DNA of 62,523 bases, the filler included, from Neophaeotheca triangularis (lineage: Eukaryota): assembly GCA_054600435.1 (NCBI GenBank). It is 8 parts of 8 records of this genome, joined end to end, with 100 filler letters (N's around TTAATTAATTAA, not from the genome) between each part and the next. Parts side by side here need not be neighbours in the genome. Positions count along the whole stretch, not along the records: positions 1 to 13,450 come from BAAIJX010000123.1; positions 13,551 to 24,857 come from BAAIJX010000124.1; 6 more parts are not named here. One strand, given 5' to 3'. Below, piece by piece: positions 9,830-23,000 of the stretch. The notes under the pieces were generated by a model that saw only the letters and a program-made list of their open reading frames with translations, was not told the origin of the DNA and did no database searches. The position numbers and the translations under genes were made by a program. The first letter of the stretch is position 1, and every line of letters starts with the position of its first letter.

Positions 9830-11269
9830 ATGGAGTCTCAAAAGCGGGTGTCACAGGCTTGCGATGCGTGCAAGAGACGTAGGGTCAAATGCAGCGGTGG
9901 TGTCGATTGCCACGAGTGCGCACACCTCAACATGCGCTGTGTGTACAGTCCACGAGCACCCAGGCAGAAGACGAGAAGCCGTCGAGGCGCCGTGATTTCG
10001 CAATACAAACAAGAAGTTGCCGGCTCAAAGATTGCAGTCCATTCTTCAGAACCCGAGCCAAAGGACCCGGAGTGTAGTCATATCCCCGAAGGCCCTCAAT
10101 ACACCAAACAATTCTTTCTGGACCTGATTCCTGGCTATGAAGCGAGTGTCTACCCGACTCACCCTGTCGTGAGCCCAGCAGAGTTGCGTACGCTCATTGG
10201 GCGAATCGACAATGACCAAGAAGCTAAAGCCTTCATATTCGCGACGGGGGCTATCACCATCTCATTGTCTTCCGGAGGCAACAATCCGACGCCATTACCA
10301 GCCAGTCAGGCCCATGACTTGATCGAGACCGCTCGAGTGCTGTGCCGCCCTGTCGGTATGAGCTACAAAGCCTCTGTCCCGTCCATCTTAACGTCTCTTT
10401 TCATCCATCACTGTTTGTACGATCAAGGCGAGTTTCAGTCGGCGTTCCTGTACATACGCCACGCTCTAAGCATGTTAGAGCTGTTACGGGTGCGCGAGAC
10501 TGCTTCCGATCCCAGCGTTGCTGGTCCAGAAGCTCTGAAACGCCATCGATTGTATTGGTTGCTGTTCATACAGGAGCGCTTCATGGCCATGAGCGAGTAC
10601 AAGAACGTCGTTCTCCTCCCTTTGCCTTTCATTGCCGAAAGAGCCCCGGAAATGCCCGAGAGCATACACGAGTATTTTCTTCGTCTCATAAAGCTATTCA
10701 GCTTAGTAGACTCGACCTTCGTACAAGGATGGCTGACTCAATATACTGGAGCCGAGCACCAAGTCACTACGGCGGCTTGGATGAGAAGAAAATGCGAAGA
10801 GATTCTGAGAGACGCAGAAGAAGCCGAGCAAGAGAGAGAGAGACTCGACAGCATGCAGCTCGCCGATTTGACCATCACTCGCCACTGGCTAGCGACTCAT
10901 GTTTGGCGCATGGCCATGTCCACGGGGCATCTCAAGAATCTCGGGAGCGAGGAGTACCTCACATTATTCTTTCCGGTTCAACTGGCCGATCGATTACGGC
11001 AAGAAGTGACTACATACTCCTTTGAAAGTATCGAGATCCATGGCACAGGCATCGCTCAGAAGCTCTTCGAACTCACCGACACCTTGGCCGATCTGGTTTT
11101 GCATGTCCCGCCAGCTTCCCTGGGAGAGTATGCCGACCGTATCGATCTACTCACTTTCTTATTGCGGATGACGTTTCGGTCCGCGATGCTCGATGCTACT
11201 CGCAAAGCTATTCTGGAAGACAAGCTGCACCGAATATACAGCCTGGACCTCACCATCAACAGTTCGTAG
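9830..11269 (+). CDS. Zn(II)2Cys6 transcription factor, probable MAL-cluster activator
   Basis: ACDACKRRRVKCSGGVDCHECAHLNMRCVY binuclear cluster right after ATG 9830; fungal TF middle region (RHRLYWLLFIQER, IEIHGTGIAQKLFE); adjacent to maltase and permease. Confidence 0.93.
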   Translation: MESQKRVSQACDACKRRRVKCSGGVDCHECAHLNMRCVYSPRAPRQKTRSRRGAVISQYKQEVAGSKIAVHSSEPEPKDPECSHIPEGPQYTKQFFLDLIPGYEASVYPTHPVVSPAELRTLIGRIDNDQEAKAFIFATGAITISLSSGGNNPTPLPASQAHDLIETARVLCRPVGMSYKASVPSILTSLFIHHCLYDQGEFQSAFLYIRHALSMLELLRVRETASDPSVAGPEALKRHRLYWLLFIQERFMAMSEYKNVVLLPLPFIAERAPEMPESIHEYFLRLIKLFSLVDSTFVQGWLTQYTGAEHQVTTAAWMRRKCEEILRDAEEAEQERERLDSMQLADLTITRHWLATHVWRMAMSTGHLKNLGSEEYLTLFFPVQLADRLRQEVTTYSFESIEIHGTGIAQKLFELTDTLADLVLHVPPASLGEYADRIDLLTFLLRMTFRSAMLDATRKAILEDKLHRIYSLDLTINSS

Positions 11270-12370
11270 TATCACGCACTTGAGAACCCTCGATGTCGGA
11301 TCAGCAACATCCCACGACCACAATCACGACAATAGGGGTGTTGGAACTGCGCATCAACCCTTTCGGCATACCCTTCCACTCGAGCTGCTCTACAACTGCT
11401 AAAGTTATCCACTCCAACAAAGACCGAGTGGATGCGCTCGACTCTACAACATTCATCCCTGCTCCTGCCGTCGTCATAGGCTCCAGAGGCCACCAATACC
11501 ATCGTACTCACTAGATGAGGCCTTCTCCTTCGGTCCAAGCTTTAGTCATCTTGCTCAAAGCAACATCATCTACTATCATCGCGATCAAAGCAGTTCCCGT
11601 ATTCGACAAAACCACGGCGATGTCGATACGGTCGAGAAAGACGCGGGAGCGGGAAAAGAGCGCCTTGGTCAACTGGCTTCGTACACGAGCATTTGGAACG
11701 AATTGCCCAACTCTCGTCAGGAAACGACTGTCGCTTCGCGTTTTCGAGCGGCAAAAGCGAACGTGTACGCGTGTGGCATGGGCGTCGGCTCTGAATAGCA
11801 CAGCAAAGGCGTAGAAGATTGACTGAAGATCGGATGACTCGCATTGTTCGAGAGTAAGGAAGGCTGGCACGCTTTGCTTATATATTGGCGGCCGAAATGG
11901 GGCACCAAGCCTCGCAGCAATCCGATCATCGGGAGCCCGAAGCGTTTAAATGGCCTGCCGCCGCCGGCTGGAAGGCTCGAAAAATGCTGAGAACAACGGC
12001 AATGCTTAGTCGTTGTTGCTTCGATGTGCTACAGGAATGTATTGCATGCTCACCCTTCACTAGGTACATCGCTGATTCTGACGGGTTCAAGCACTGCGTC
12101 TGTAAGCGGTAGGCGCACTGAGACCTAAATTTCATCATGGTATCTGCACAAGGCTGTAAGTTCCGAGCAGCACGCACTGTTGGTTCTACTGCAGCAAGAC
12201 CAGTGGGATCGTTGGGAATGTGTGGGTGTCATAAGAGACAATTATCAAGCCTAGGGGTACTAAATAGAAGAAATAAGAAAGTGCCCTCAGCAATAGCAAT
12301 ACACATTCACAACTGAGTTTTAATTCGACCTGCCTTCTCCTCTAATTCCAAATCTTGAGAATCAGCAGCT

Positions 12371-13190
12371 TCAGACGACATCATACTTCTCCCCCGTCTT
12401 CTCCTCAACCTCCTTGACACTCTTGACATGCGTCTCATCTTCTTCCAGCTTCTTGACATAAGCCCTCAATTTTGCATTTGCCCCCTCCTCGATCTTGCCC
12501 CGCTTCACGGACGCCATGAGCGGGAAACTGAGCATGATATCCGCAGCCGTGAGCTCCTTACCACAGAGATACTCGCCACCTTGCGGCGATGTCTCTAGCT
12601 GACCGTTGAGGAAAGCAAAGTGAGCGGCGAAGTTGTCGGTCAAGTAGAGATTGTAAACTTTGTCTGCGATGCCACGGGTGACGGGTTTGATGAAGAATGG
12701 GACAGGGGAAGCGGCGATTTCTACAAAGACACATTAGCATCGACGTGGGCAAGGGCAAAAGGGCCCGAAAGCTTCGAAGAGAAGGAATAGCCTACGGTCA
12801 ATGAACACGGAGATCAACATCAAACTCATCAAACTCCCCTCGGCATAATGCATGAAAAACCTGTACCGCATCCACTCCTCGCTCTCGCCACCAATCTGGC
12901 CCTCCATACCCTCTCTGTACCTCTTGGGTATCAAGTGCGGCGCAAAGTACTCGCACAAGTACTCAGTCATTGCGCCAGACTCTGCAATAATGCGAGGTTC
13001 AGCGCCAGTGGATGCGGGAGGCTCGACTTTGATGACGGGGGATTTGCCCAAAGGGTGGATCTCTTTGAGTTCCGGGGGTGCGAGTTTGTTGGGTTGACGT
13101 TTGAAGACGACGATCTCATAAGTCATTTTCTGTGACTTGGTGCATTCTTCCAGGAGCCAGACTATGCGTTGGGAGCGGGACTTCTCGAGC
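12371..13190 (-). CDS. Glutathione S-transferase (Gtt1/Gst3-like); first exon not resolved
   Basis: LEKSRSQRIVWLLEE, IHPLGKSPVI, IAESGA, HYAEGSLM, LTAADIMLSFPL; intron 12721-12795; acceptor at 13191. Confidence 0.9.
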
Positions 13191-13450
13191 CTGAAGGCTG
13201 CAGGTTAGTTTGAGGTCTTTTGGAATGATAGTTTGCGCCCATTCAGTGGGATTTTGAGTCTGGTCTCATCGTCTCTACAGATAGGCCGGAGCGGGAAGAT
13301 TGACTTGGGAGGCAATTGGGGCACACAAAGTGGACGTGGGGGGGGGGGGGGGGGGCCCTCACCATTAAACCTTAACCATGGTCTTTTCATATGAATCCGA
13401 CATGGGGAGCGGAGTTGACCTATTAACGTCGGTCGGGGGTTTGTAAATAA

Positions 13451-13550
13451 NNNNNNNNNNNNNNNNNNNNNNNNNNNNNNNNNNNNNNNNNNNNTTAATT
13501 AATTAANNNNNNNNNNNNNNNNNNNNNNNNNNNNNNNNNNNNNNNNNNNN
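13451..13550. other. Artificial contig spacer (also at 24858-24957, 34882-34981, 44601-44700, 49553-49652, 54070-54169, 58326-58425)
   Basis: N-run + TTAATTAATTAA (stops in all six frames) + N-run, 100 nt each time. Confidence 0.98.
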
Positions 13551-16500
13551 TACAATCATACTAACACTAGAGATTAGCCCCTTAAGACTATCGATACCTC
13601 TAGAGATTCTAGAATTATAAGAAGACATGATAGTAATAGATTCTAAAGACAACTCCGAATATGATTATACTGACGATAACGAACTAGACGACAACGATGT
13701 AGTAGAGTTCATTATATATAGACTAGGTCTAATCAAGAAAATGGTTATTCATATCATATAGTTATATGAAGAAGTGTTCCTAGTAATCTAAGGCAAACGA
13801 TACTTAGAACCTAATCAATTCGAAGCTATACTTATATGACTATAAGTAATGTTCTAGGACTACTAAAAGGTCGCTGTCGAGTATAACACTACTACCTTTG
13901 TCTAGGATAGGCTACTAATAGGAAGTACTTTCTATAGAGAAAATAGCTATATTACGCTAGATAGGATATAGATCCTATACACGATAAGACAACAAGTTAA
14001 GATAGTCAAGAATTATTATAGAGAATTCTAGCTTATCTAGGAGTAGTAGAGAGAAGAAGAAATCACGCTATAAGAAATGAAGAAATAAGTATAGGATTCC
14101 TTAGACTAATAGATAATAGTACTATACGAAAAATTTCTACTACTAGTCGACTAAAAGATGATTCTTAGACATGTTAAAGTAACTACATGAGGACCTATCA
14201 CTACACACATAATCTAAGGAAAAGTTATGATTAGACCTTAGGACGGACCCCTTTATTAGGAAGTCTCTCTCGAGATAGCAGATTTATCTACTTACTTCTC
14301 AAAAAACGAATAGGACCTATCGCTAAGAGCGAGCGTTAGGAACTAAACAACATAAATGCTTAACATGAAATAGTATTAGGAACGGTCTTCTAAACAATAT
14401 ATACTATCGATAGATACGAAACCTTTACTATAATAGATTCTAGAGCTAGTAGAAATTTTATCTCGGAAACGTTCGTATATTAGTATAGGCTAGCTACCTA
14501 GAAGAAAACAGATAGTAGGTACAAACTAATAGCTATAGATAGCTTATTACTACCTAACGTGGATAGCGAAATAGTACTACTACTACTTGTCTTCTAAAAG
14601 TATTATGAGCAAATTGTCCTAGACATTATACCTATAGCTAGATATGATGTCGTTCTAGGTACTCCTTAGTTAGAATAACATAATCCTATAGTAGATTGGA
14701 GAAAACGAGTACTTACATTTAATAGGTATAGTTATGTTACTACAACTTACCCTATGTACTAGTAGCGATCAATAGTAGATAAGAGAAGGTAGATTAATGA
14801 AACATATCGCTAATCAACTATAATACTAATACGAATTAGATCAGACTCTATAGGTACCGAACTAGCCTAAATAGACTAATAAGTAAGAGTTGAGGAAGGA
14901 AGTCATATACCTTCGGATATCCCTAGAGAATTTAGGAAATAGAAGCGCCTTTTCTAGGAAGAGGAAGGAGTAGCTACTCTACCTAGACACTAACTATAGG
15001 ACTACTAAATCGACATTTAGCCTAGTATAAAGATACTATAGGGGCCACTTTACGCGCTATCTGAAAAAGAGCTCGAAGAGTAATGATAATAGCTAGATGA
15101 AAAAATGAAGAAAGGATAGATTCGACCCTCTATTTCATTAGCTACTTCACTACTGTTTTTCGTTCTAAAGAAAGGAGGAAAACTATAAATAGTTATCGAT
15201 TTTAGGCGACTTAATGTGATTACTACTAAAAACCGTTATCTACTACCTAACATCGACGAGATAAGAGACCGACTTACTAGTTCATACTAGTTTACTAAAA
15301 TCGATCTCCGAGATGCATTCTATTTAGTTAGAATAGTAAGGGGGGAAGAGTAGAAAACAGCTTTTCGAACGCGCTACAGACTTTACGAATTCTAGGTTAT
15401 ACCTATAGGACTTATAAATGCCCTAGTAACCTATTAACAACTCATTAATAACATCCTATAAGACCTACTCGACATTACTATTATCGCCTATATTAACGAC
15501 ATATTAGTCTTCATGAAAGGATCATGAGAACAGTATACTAAGGACATATATACTGTGTTCGAACGACTCGATAAGGTAGACTTTAGGATAGTACTAGAGA
15601 AGTACGAGTTCTATAAAAAGGAAGTTGACTTTCTAGGCTTTATAATTAGCACTACTAGGATCTAAATAGACCTAAAGAAAACTCAATCAATCGAGGAATA
15701 GCTAATACCTAAGTTAGTTAAGGATATCTAAGTATTTATTAGACTAGCTAACTATAATCGGAAATTCATGTAAGACTATTTAAGGCTCGCTATGCCTCTA
15801 ACTAATCTCACGAAGAAAGATATACTATTTATATAGAGAAAGATTTAACAACAATCCTTTAATAAGCTTAAGGAGTTATGTACGACTATCCCTATACTTA
15901 GGATGTTTAACCCTAAGAGACCTATCTAAATCGAAACTAATGCCTCTAATAGAGTAATAGGAGCTTACCTTATATAGGAGGTTGAAAATAAACGATACCC
16001 TATTACCTACTTCTTAAGGAAGATGTCACTAGTAGAATAGAATTACGAGATCTATAATAAAGAACTACTCGTAATCATTATAGTATTACGATACTAGAGA
16101 GTATACTATAAAGGAGTAACTAGACTAACTATTTACTTAGATCATAAGAACCTATAATACTTCATAACTACTAAGGAACTATTATGCTAATAATGTAGAT
16201 AGTTAGAGCTACTCGGACAATATAAGTTCGATATAGTCTATACTCCTAGAAAAGACAATAGGCACGCTAATACGCTAAGTAGAAGAAGCGACTATATAGA
16301 AGGGTACCTTCTATAGCAACACTATATACTAAAGGTTAATAAGGATAGAAGCCTAAGCGCTAACCCTTAGGAATTTAACTTAGTATTATGAGTACTATAG
16401 GATAACACTAAAGAATTCCCTATTAAATATAGGAAGTTTAGGGTTCTAAACAAAAAGGAATGCTAGTATATCTAGGACTACTACAATAGACCTACTAACG

Positions 16501-18500
16501 GACATCTAGGAATCGCTAGAATAGTAGAACACATTAGATATAACTTCATGTTCCCTAGAATGAGATAGAAAGTCTTAGAGTATATTAAGAAGTATACAAG
16601 CTACTAATAGAATAAGGCTTTAAGACATACTAAGTATAGAAACCTTCAATTCTAAAAGCTACTAGATCTACTATAGAATGAGGTTATAATGGATTTCATC
16701 ATTAAGCTACTAAGATCTAAAGACCTATTAATAAATAAGGACTACGATTCAATTCTAGTTATAGTTAATAGACTCATAAAGTATTCACATTTTATTCCCT
16801 ATAATGAGACAATTACTATAGAGGAACTCGGATACCTTATCCTCGACAGATTAGTATAATACTATAGTATTCTAACAGTTCTAATTACAGATAGAGATAA
16901 GCTCTTCATATCTAATTACTAGAAAACCTTAATTTTAGTAATCAGAGTGAAACACAAACTATCGATAGCATTTCACCTAGAAACTAATAGATAGACAGAA
17001 TGCTTAAACTAATCCCTCGAAACATACTTAAGACATTATATTAACTATACTTAGGACAATTAGGTAGCGCTCTTACCTATAGTACAGCTCGTACTTAATA
17101 ACAATACCTTAGAAACGATAGGCATAACTCTATTCTATATGAATTTCAGAAAGGATCTAAATACCTTTATAGAGCTAAAGCTAGGACTACTCATGGAAAG
17201 AGCCCTATAAACGTCTTCGTAGCTATAGGAAGCACATAAATAGGCGAAAGATAAGATCATATAGTTATAGTAGCGACTCGAGTCATAAAGACATAAGGAC
17301 TCTAAAATGGCACCTTAGCTTAAGAAGGGGGATAAGGTATACTTACTTATAAAAAACCTGAAGATAAGGAGACAAACATGAAAACTAGACCATATTAAAG
17401 TCGGACCGTTTCTAGTTAGAGAATAGAGAGGAAAAGTCAACTACCTCCTCTAACTCCTAAAAGACGCTAGAGTCTACCTAGTCTTCTATATATCCTTATT
17501 AGAACTAGTAGACGCTGAAACACTAATCTAAGACACCTTCTACCATAATCTACTAGAAGAAGAAGCCGAGTATGAGGTCGAAAAGATTCTAGATAAGAAC
17601 GGTTAGAACTACCTCATGAAATAGAAAGGATATCCTATAAGCGAGAACACCTAGGAACCTAAGGACAACTTACTTAATTACTAGAAGGCCCTATAATAGT
17701 ATTACTAAACAAACTACCCTAAGCGCTAGGGCTTATTAGGAGACAGTCGTCCTAAGGAAGAGGATCGAACGATAGAAGATCTAGTTTAGCGGATAGCTCC
17801 TCGAGCTCTTACTCCTAAATGCCGCGCTCTTCTATAGCGATAGTATCTCTAGCCTACCTTTCGTTCTAATCAAGTTGTTTTAGAAGACGAGACTCCTATA
17901 CTAGTACCTCGCTATACTAACTATATACGGCCTCTAGAGATAGCCGAGCCTCCTCTAGCTCTTCCCTGTTTTTTACTATCTTCTCTTTTAGAGAGAAACG
18001 TTCATGCATTAAACTCTAGAACTCTGACATAGTAATACGAATATCATAACTCTAGTTATTTGTCGTATTATAGACACTATAGTAGCAGCTCTAGACATGT
18101 ACCTTATATACTTACCCTGTCTTTTTATAAGGACTACACTTTATCGGTATATCGTCTCTAAAGTTCTTAATGAATGTAGCGATGTTATGTCGATAAGTAG
18201 TCGAAGAAGATTTGCGTTGTTTTTGAACCTAGGAATTCATGTTAGCTAAAGGAAGAGGAAGGTAGCGTTATGATAAAGAGTAGATAAGCTTTAGGACGAA
18301 GCTAGGCTAGAAGGGGGATAGTGTTATAGACATACTCACGACTACTAACCCTACGACAGAACATACCTTACATATACTACATATATGATAGAGCACATAG
18401 AGTATATAGAGAATAGAGTATATAGAGTACCCATAATAGAGTATATAGAACATGTAGAGCGCTCTATAATAGAGCACTATAGAGTAGACAGATCACGACA
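13551..18500 (+). mobile_element. RIP-inactivated chromodomain Ty3/Gypsy LTR retrotransposon, copy A (5' part off contig)
   Basis: Degenerate RT (GPLYALSEKEL ~15041; AYINDILV for YxDD ~15486), RNase H (IETNASN ~15930), integrase (GHLGI 16501; MDFIIKL 16689), chromodomain (YEVEKIL 17571; ENT*EP); PPT AAGGGGGATAG then TG at 18322; putative LTR 18322-18500; many TAA/TAG stops. Confidence 0.93.
17670..18240 (-). pseudogene. RIP-damaged antisense Cys-rich / coiled-coil ORF in the 3' region of Gypsy copy A
   Basis: ATG at 18240: MNS*VQKQRKSSSTTYRHNIATFIKNF..KCSPYKKTG*VYKVHV..; Tyr at spacings expected for Cys (TGT>TAT), then a Glu/Leu-rich helix; 3' end approximate. Confidence 0.55.
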
Positions 18501-18502
18501 AT

Positions 18503-19918
18503 TAGATACATGAATCTCCTTTATATTTAGGTAGCGACATTTCCTAGATAGAGATTTGTGTTCAACTTATGTTATAATCTTACTAAAAGGTCTATAGTAA
18601 TACTTCATGTATCTTTAAAATCCTTATAAAGGAAATACCCTTACTAGCCTTCTACGATATCTCTCCTCTTCTACTACGAGCTCTACCCATAAGACTACCT
18701 TATAAGATCATAACACTAATTTAAAGGTCTATTAGCTCTATAAGATCTACTACTAAACCCGCTCGCTATATAGCTATATCTTTAAAACCCACGAGGCCTC
18801 TACATTAGCCTATAACTACATAGAAAAGCACTACAAAATTAATAAGGACGGCCTAACTATAATGTCACGACAGAACTACCCTAATTCCGTTAAAATTTGG
18901 TGAAGATTTAGGGGCCAAAATCTAATAGGGGGGAAGGGGGGGGGGGGTAGTTCTATTAAGATTATAGGCATGTTAAAGAGTGACTAGAGGGTCTATAGCG
19001 GTCTAATATAGTAAGGCTATCTCTTCGATAGTCCTATTAAACGAGCTAGGTCATTATCGTATTATTTAAGTCTAAAGGCTACTCTAGCCTATAATCTTAG
19101 TTACTAACTATAGGTTTTACGCTATCTTCTCTATCTTTTAACGCTTACTAGTGTTTCTCTACTTTAGGTAGTCTTAGTGCTCGTATCTAGTATGTCTATA
19201 GGCCGCTATCTCGGTAGAGAGTTAAAGTAATCCGATAAACGTCTCTCGATAACATCTTCTACATGTTCGGTCGCTATTATATAGTATACTAGGATGAGGA
19301 TGAGAAATAAACTATAGACTATAGCTATAATAGCGCTAATAGCGATCTATAGCTACTACTTTATTAGGCTAATAAGACCTCCTAGAACTATACTAAGTGT
19401 AGAAAACCTAATGAAAAGAACTATATAAGGTATAAGTCCTATATCCCCTATAATAGTTAAGGTAGGTAAGAAGCGAATACTAAGGCGACTTACTATCTTC
19501 GGTTTTCCTCCCTTCCTATCTAGCGTTATATAATATCACCTAAATATCCTTATAAATAATTCGACTATCCTCGTCTCTAAAAATCTCGGCATATCTTTTA
19601 ACTAGCTATATACCTATCTCGTGCCCATTTCTAATTATCTACTATACTACTATCTGTCTTATATAGTTAATTAGTAAAGATCGCTTTATGACTAGTAACT
19701 ACATATTATAATCCTATAAGGTAGTCTTATAGGTAGAGCTTATAGTAGAAGAGGAGAGATATCGTAGAAGGCTAGTAAGGGTATTTCCTTTATCATAAGG
19801 ATTTTAAAGATATGTGAAGTGTCGCTATAGACCTTTTAGTAAGATTATAACATGAGTTGAACACAAATCTCTATCTAGGAAATGTCGCTACCTAAATATA
19901 AAGGAGATTCGTGTGTCT
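18503..19918. mobile_element. RIPped element bounded by ~210-bp inverted repeats (long-TIR DNA transposon relic?)
   Basis: 18503-18715 is the reverse complement of ~19705-19918 apart from transitions and a small indel; no recognisable transposase motif inside. Confidence 0.6.
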
Positions 19919-20039
19919 CGACTATCTTACTATCGAGATAGTCGATTTCTACTTACTATCTCGCCCGTTAAGTAGTCGAGCGAGGTCGACTGTCTCGACG
20001 CGAGCTAAGCGAGACATAGTAGGAGTCTTCGGCCGAAGT

Positions 20040-23000
20040 GTGGTTAGGATATAGCTTGACTACGTTTCGTCGAGACACTACGTTCCTTAGCTCTTAATCC
20101 TTCTATACTAACTAATGAAATCCTATGTTCGGGAAATCCCATAACACTATCCCTCTCCTAGGGCGCTTGTCCTAAGCGGTCCGTAACTTAGTAAATAGTT
20201 CTTTTCCCTACTTCTCTCTTCTCTTATCATCTTACGATGTCCCGCTCGAAACAAAACCGCCTTCGTCTTACTTAAGAGATTTAACATAATAGTTACCTAG
20301 TTCCGTTCCCTTATGATCGCTGTTTTTCTTCTAGCCACGACTATATCGCTATAGAGAGTTTTTCCTAACTGAAATGTTTAGAGTATGTTCGTTAGGGTAA
20401 GGTATACGTCAATCTGTTATAGGCTTCCCTAGATCATACTTAGGAGGAATACTAGAAAAAGGTTGATGAGGATAAGGAGGAGTTAGCTTATATTATGGCT
20501 CGGTTAATGTATAATAAAGCGATTCTTCGTTAGGCTAAGGCGCGTGCTCGCTATAAGGCTAAGTGTCTTATATTAGAGATAGACGTATTAGGAGAGCTAG
20601 AGTTAGAGGATTGTCCTACTATAGATATGACTATAGGTCTCTCTCCTACTATCTAGTTGTCGCTAGACTTCATTAATAACGCGACCGACCCTTTCCTACC
20701 TAGCGATACTATTATAATAGCTTCTAGTAGTTAAGTAAGTTATCCTTAGGTTCCTAAGTGTTTTTGCTTATAGGATACCCTTTCCACTTTATGAGGTAAT
20801 TCTAACTGTCTTTGTCTAGAATCTTTTCGACCTTATATTTAGCTTCTTCCTCTAGTAGATCGTGGTAGAAGGTGTCCTAGATAGGTATTTTAGTGTCTAC
20901 TAGTTCAAGTAAGGATATATAGAATACTAGATAGACTCTAGTATCTCTTAGGAGTTAGAGGAGGTAGTTGACTTTTCCTCTTTATTCTTTAACTAGAAAC
21001 GGTCCGACCTTAACATAGTCTAGTTTTCGTGTTCATCTCCTTATTTTCAGGTTTTTCATAAGTAAGTACAACTTATCCCCCTTCTTAAGCTAAGGTACTG
21101 TTTTAGAGTCTTTATGTCTTTACGATTCGAGTCGCTACTATAACTATATGATCTTGTCTTTCGCCTATCTATATACTTCCTATAGCTACGAAGACGTTTA
21201 TAGGGCTCTCTCTACGAGTAGTCCTAGCTTTAGCTCTATAAAGGTGTTTAGATCTTTTCTGAAGTTCGTATAGAACGGAGTTATGCCTATCATTTCTAAG
21301 GCATTGTTATTAAGTACGAGCTATACTATAGGTAAGAGTACTACCTAATTATCCTAAGCGTAATTAATATAATGTTATAAGTACGTTTTAAGGGATTAGT
21401 TCGAGCGTTCTATCTATCTATTAGTTTCTAGGTGAAATGCTGTTAATAGCTTGTGTTTCACTCTAATTGCTAAAATTAAGGTCTTCTAGTAGTTAGATAT
21501 GAAGAGCTTGTCTCTATCTATAATTAGAACTATTAGAATACTATAGTATTATACTAATCTGTCGAGTATAAGGTACCTAAGCTCTTCTATAGTGATTATC
21601 TCACTATAGGGAACGAAATGTGAATACTTCATGAGTCTATTAACTATAACTAAGATCAAATCATAGTCCTTACCTATCGATAGGTCTCTAGATCTTAGTA
21701 ACTTAACGATAAAATCTATCGTAACCTCGTTCTATAGTAGATCTAGTAGCTCCTAGAATTATTGGTTTCTATATTTAACATGTCTCGAAGCTTTGTTTTA
21801 TTAGTAGCTTATACATTTCTTGATGTACTCTAAGACCTTCTATCTCATTCTAGGAAATATGAAGTTATATCTAATATATTCTACTATTCTAGCGATTCCT
21901 AGATGTCCGTTAGTAGGTCTATCATAGTAGTCCTAGATGTACTAGCGTTCCTTTTCATTTAGAACCCTAAACTTCCTATGTTTAATAGGGAATTCCTTAG
22001 TGTTATCCTATAGTACTCGTAGTACTAAGTTAAATTCCTAAGGATTAGCGCTTAGGCTTCCGTCCTTATTAACTTTTAGTATATAGTATTACTATAGAAG
22101 GTGTCCTTCTATATAGTCGCTTCTTCTACTTAGCGTGTTAGTATGCCTATTGTCTTTTCTAGGAGTATAGACTATATCGAACTTATATTATCTAAGTAGC
22201 TCTAACTATCTACATTATTAGCGTAATAGTTCCTTAGTAGTTATGAAATATTGTAGGTTCTTATAATCTGAGTAAATAGTTAGTCTAGTTACTCCTTCAT
22301 AGTATACTCTCTAGTATTATAATACTATAACGATTATGAGTAGTTCTTTGTTATAGATCTCGTAGTTCTATTCTACTAGTAATATCTTCCTTAAGAAGTA
22401 AGCGATAGGGTGTCATTTACTTTCAACCTCCTATATAAAGTAAGCTCCTATTACTCTATTAGATATATTAGTTTCGATTTAGATAGGTCTCTTAGGGTTA
22501 AACATCCTAAGTATAAGGGTAGTTATACATAACTCCTTAAGCTTATTAAAGGATTGTTATTAAATCTTTCCCTATACAAATAGTGTGTCCTTCTTTATGA
22601 GGTTAGTTAGAGGTATAGCGAGCCTTAAATAATCCTACATAAATTTCTGATTATAGTTAGCTAATCTAAGGAATGCTTAAATGTCCTTAACTAACTTAGG
22701 TGTTAGCTATTCCTTAATTGATTGAGTTTTCTTTAGGTCTATTCGGATCCTAGTAGTGCTAATTATAAAGCCTAGAAAGTCGACTTCCTTTTTATAGAAC
22801 TCGTATTTCTCTAGTACTATTCTGAAGTCTACCTTGTCGAGTTGTTCGAATACTATATGTATATCCTTAGTATGTTATTCTCATGATCCTTTCGTGAAGA
22901 CTAATATATCGTTAATGTAAGCGATAATAGTAATATCGAGTAGGTCTTATAGGATGTCGTTAACGAGTTACTAATAAGTTACTAGGGCGTTTATAAGTCC

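Noticed and set aside
11272..12180. Possible minus-strand gene between the TF and the GST
   Set aside because: Only short ORFs, no consistent splice model and no recognisable motif
13551..13671. Perfect 121-bp terminal inverted repeat with 24737-24857, suggesting a linear plasmid or giant TIR element
   Set aside because: Both ends stop at the same internal point of one Gypsy family; the length equals the 121-nt telomere stub, consistent with a k-mer assembly break
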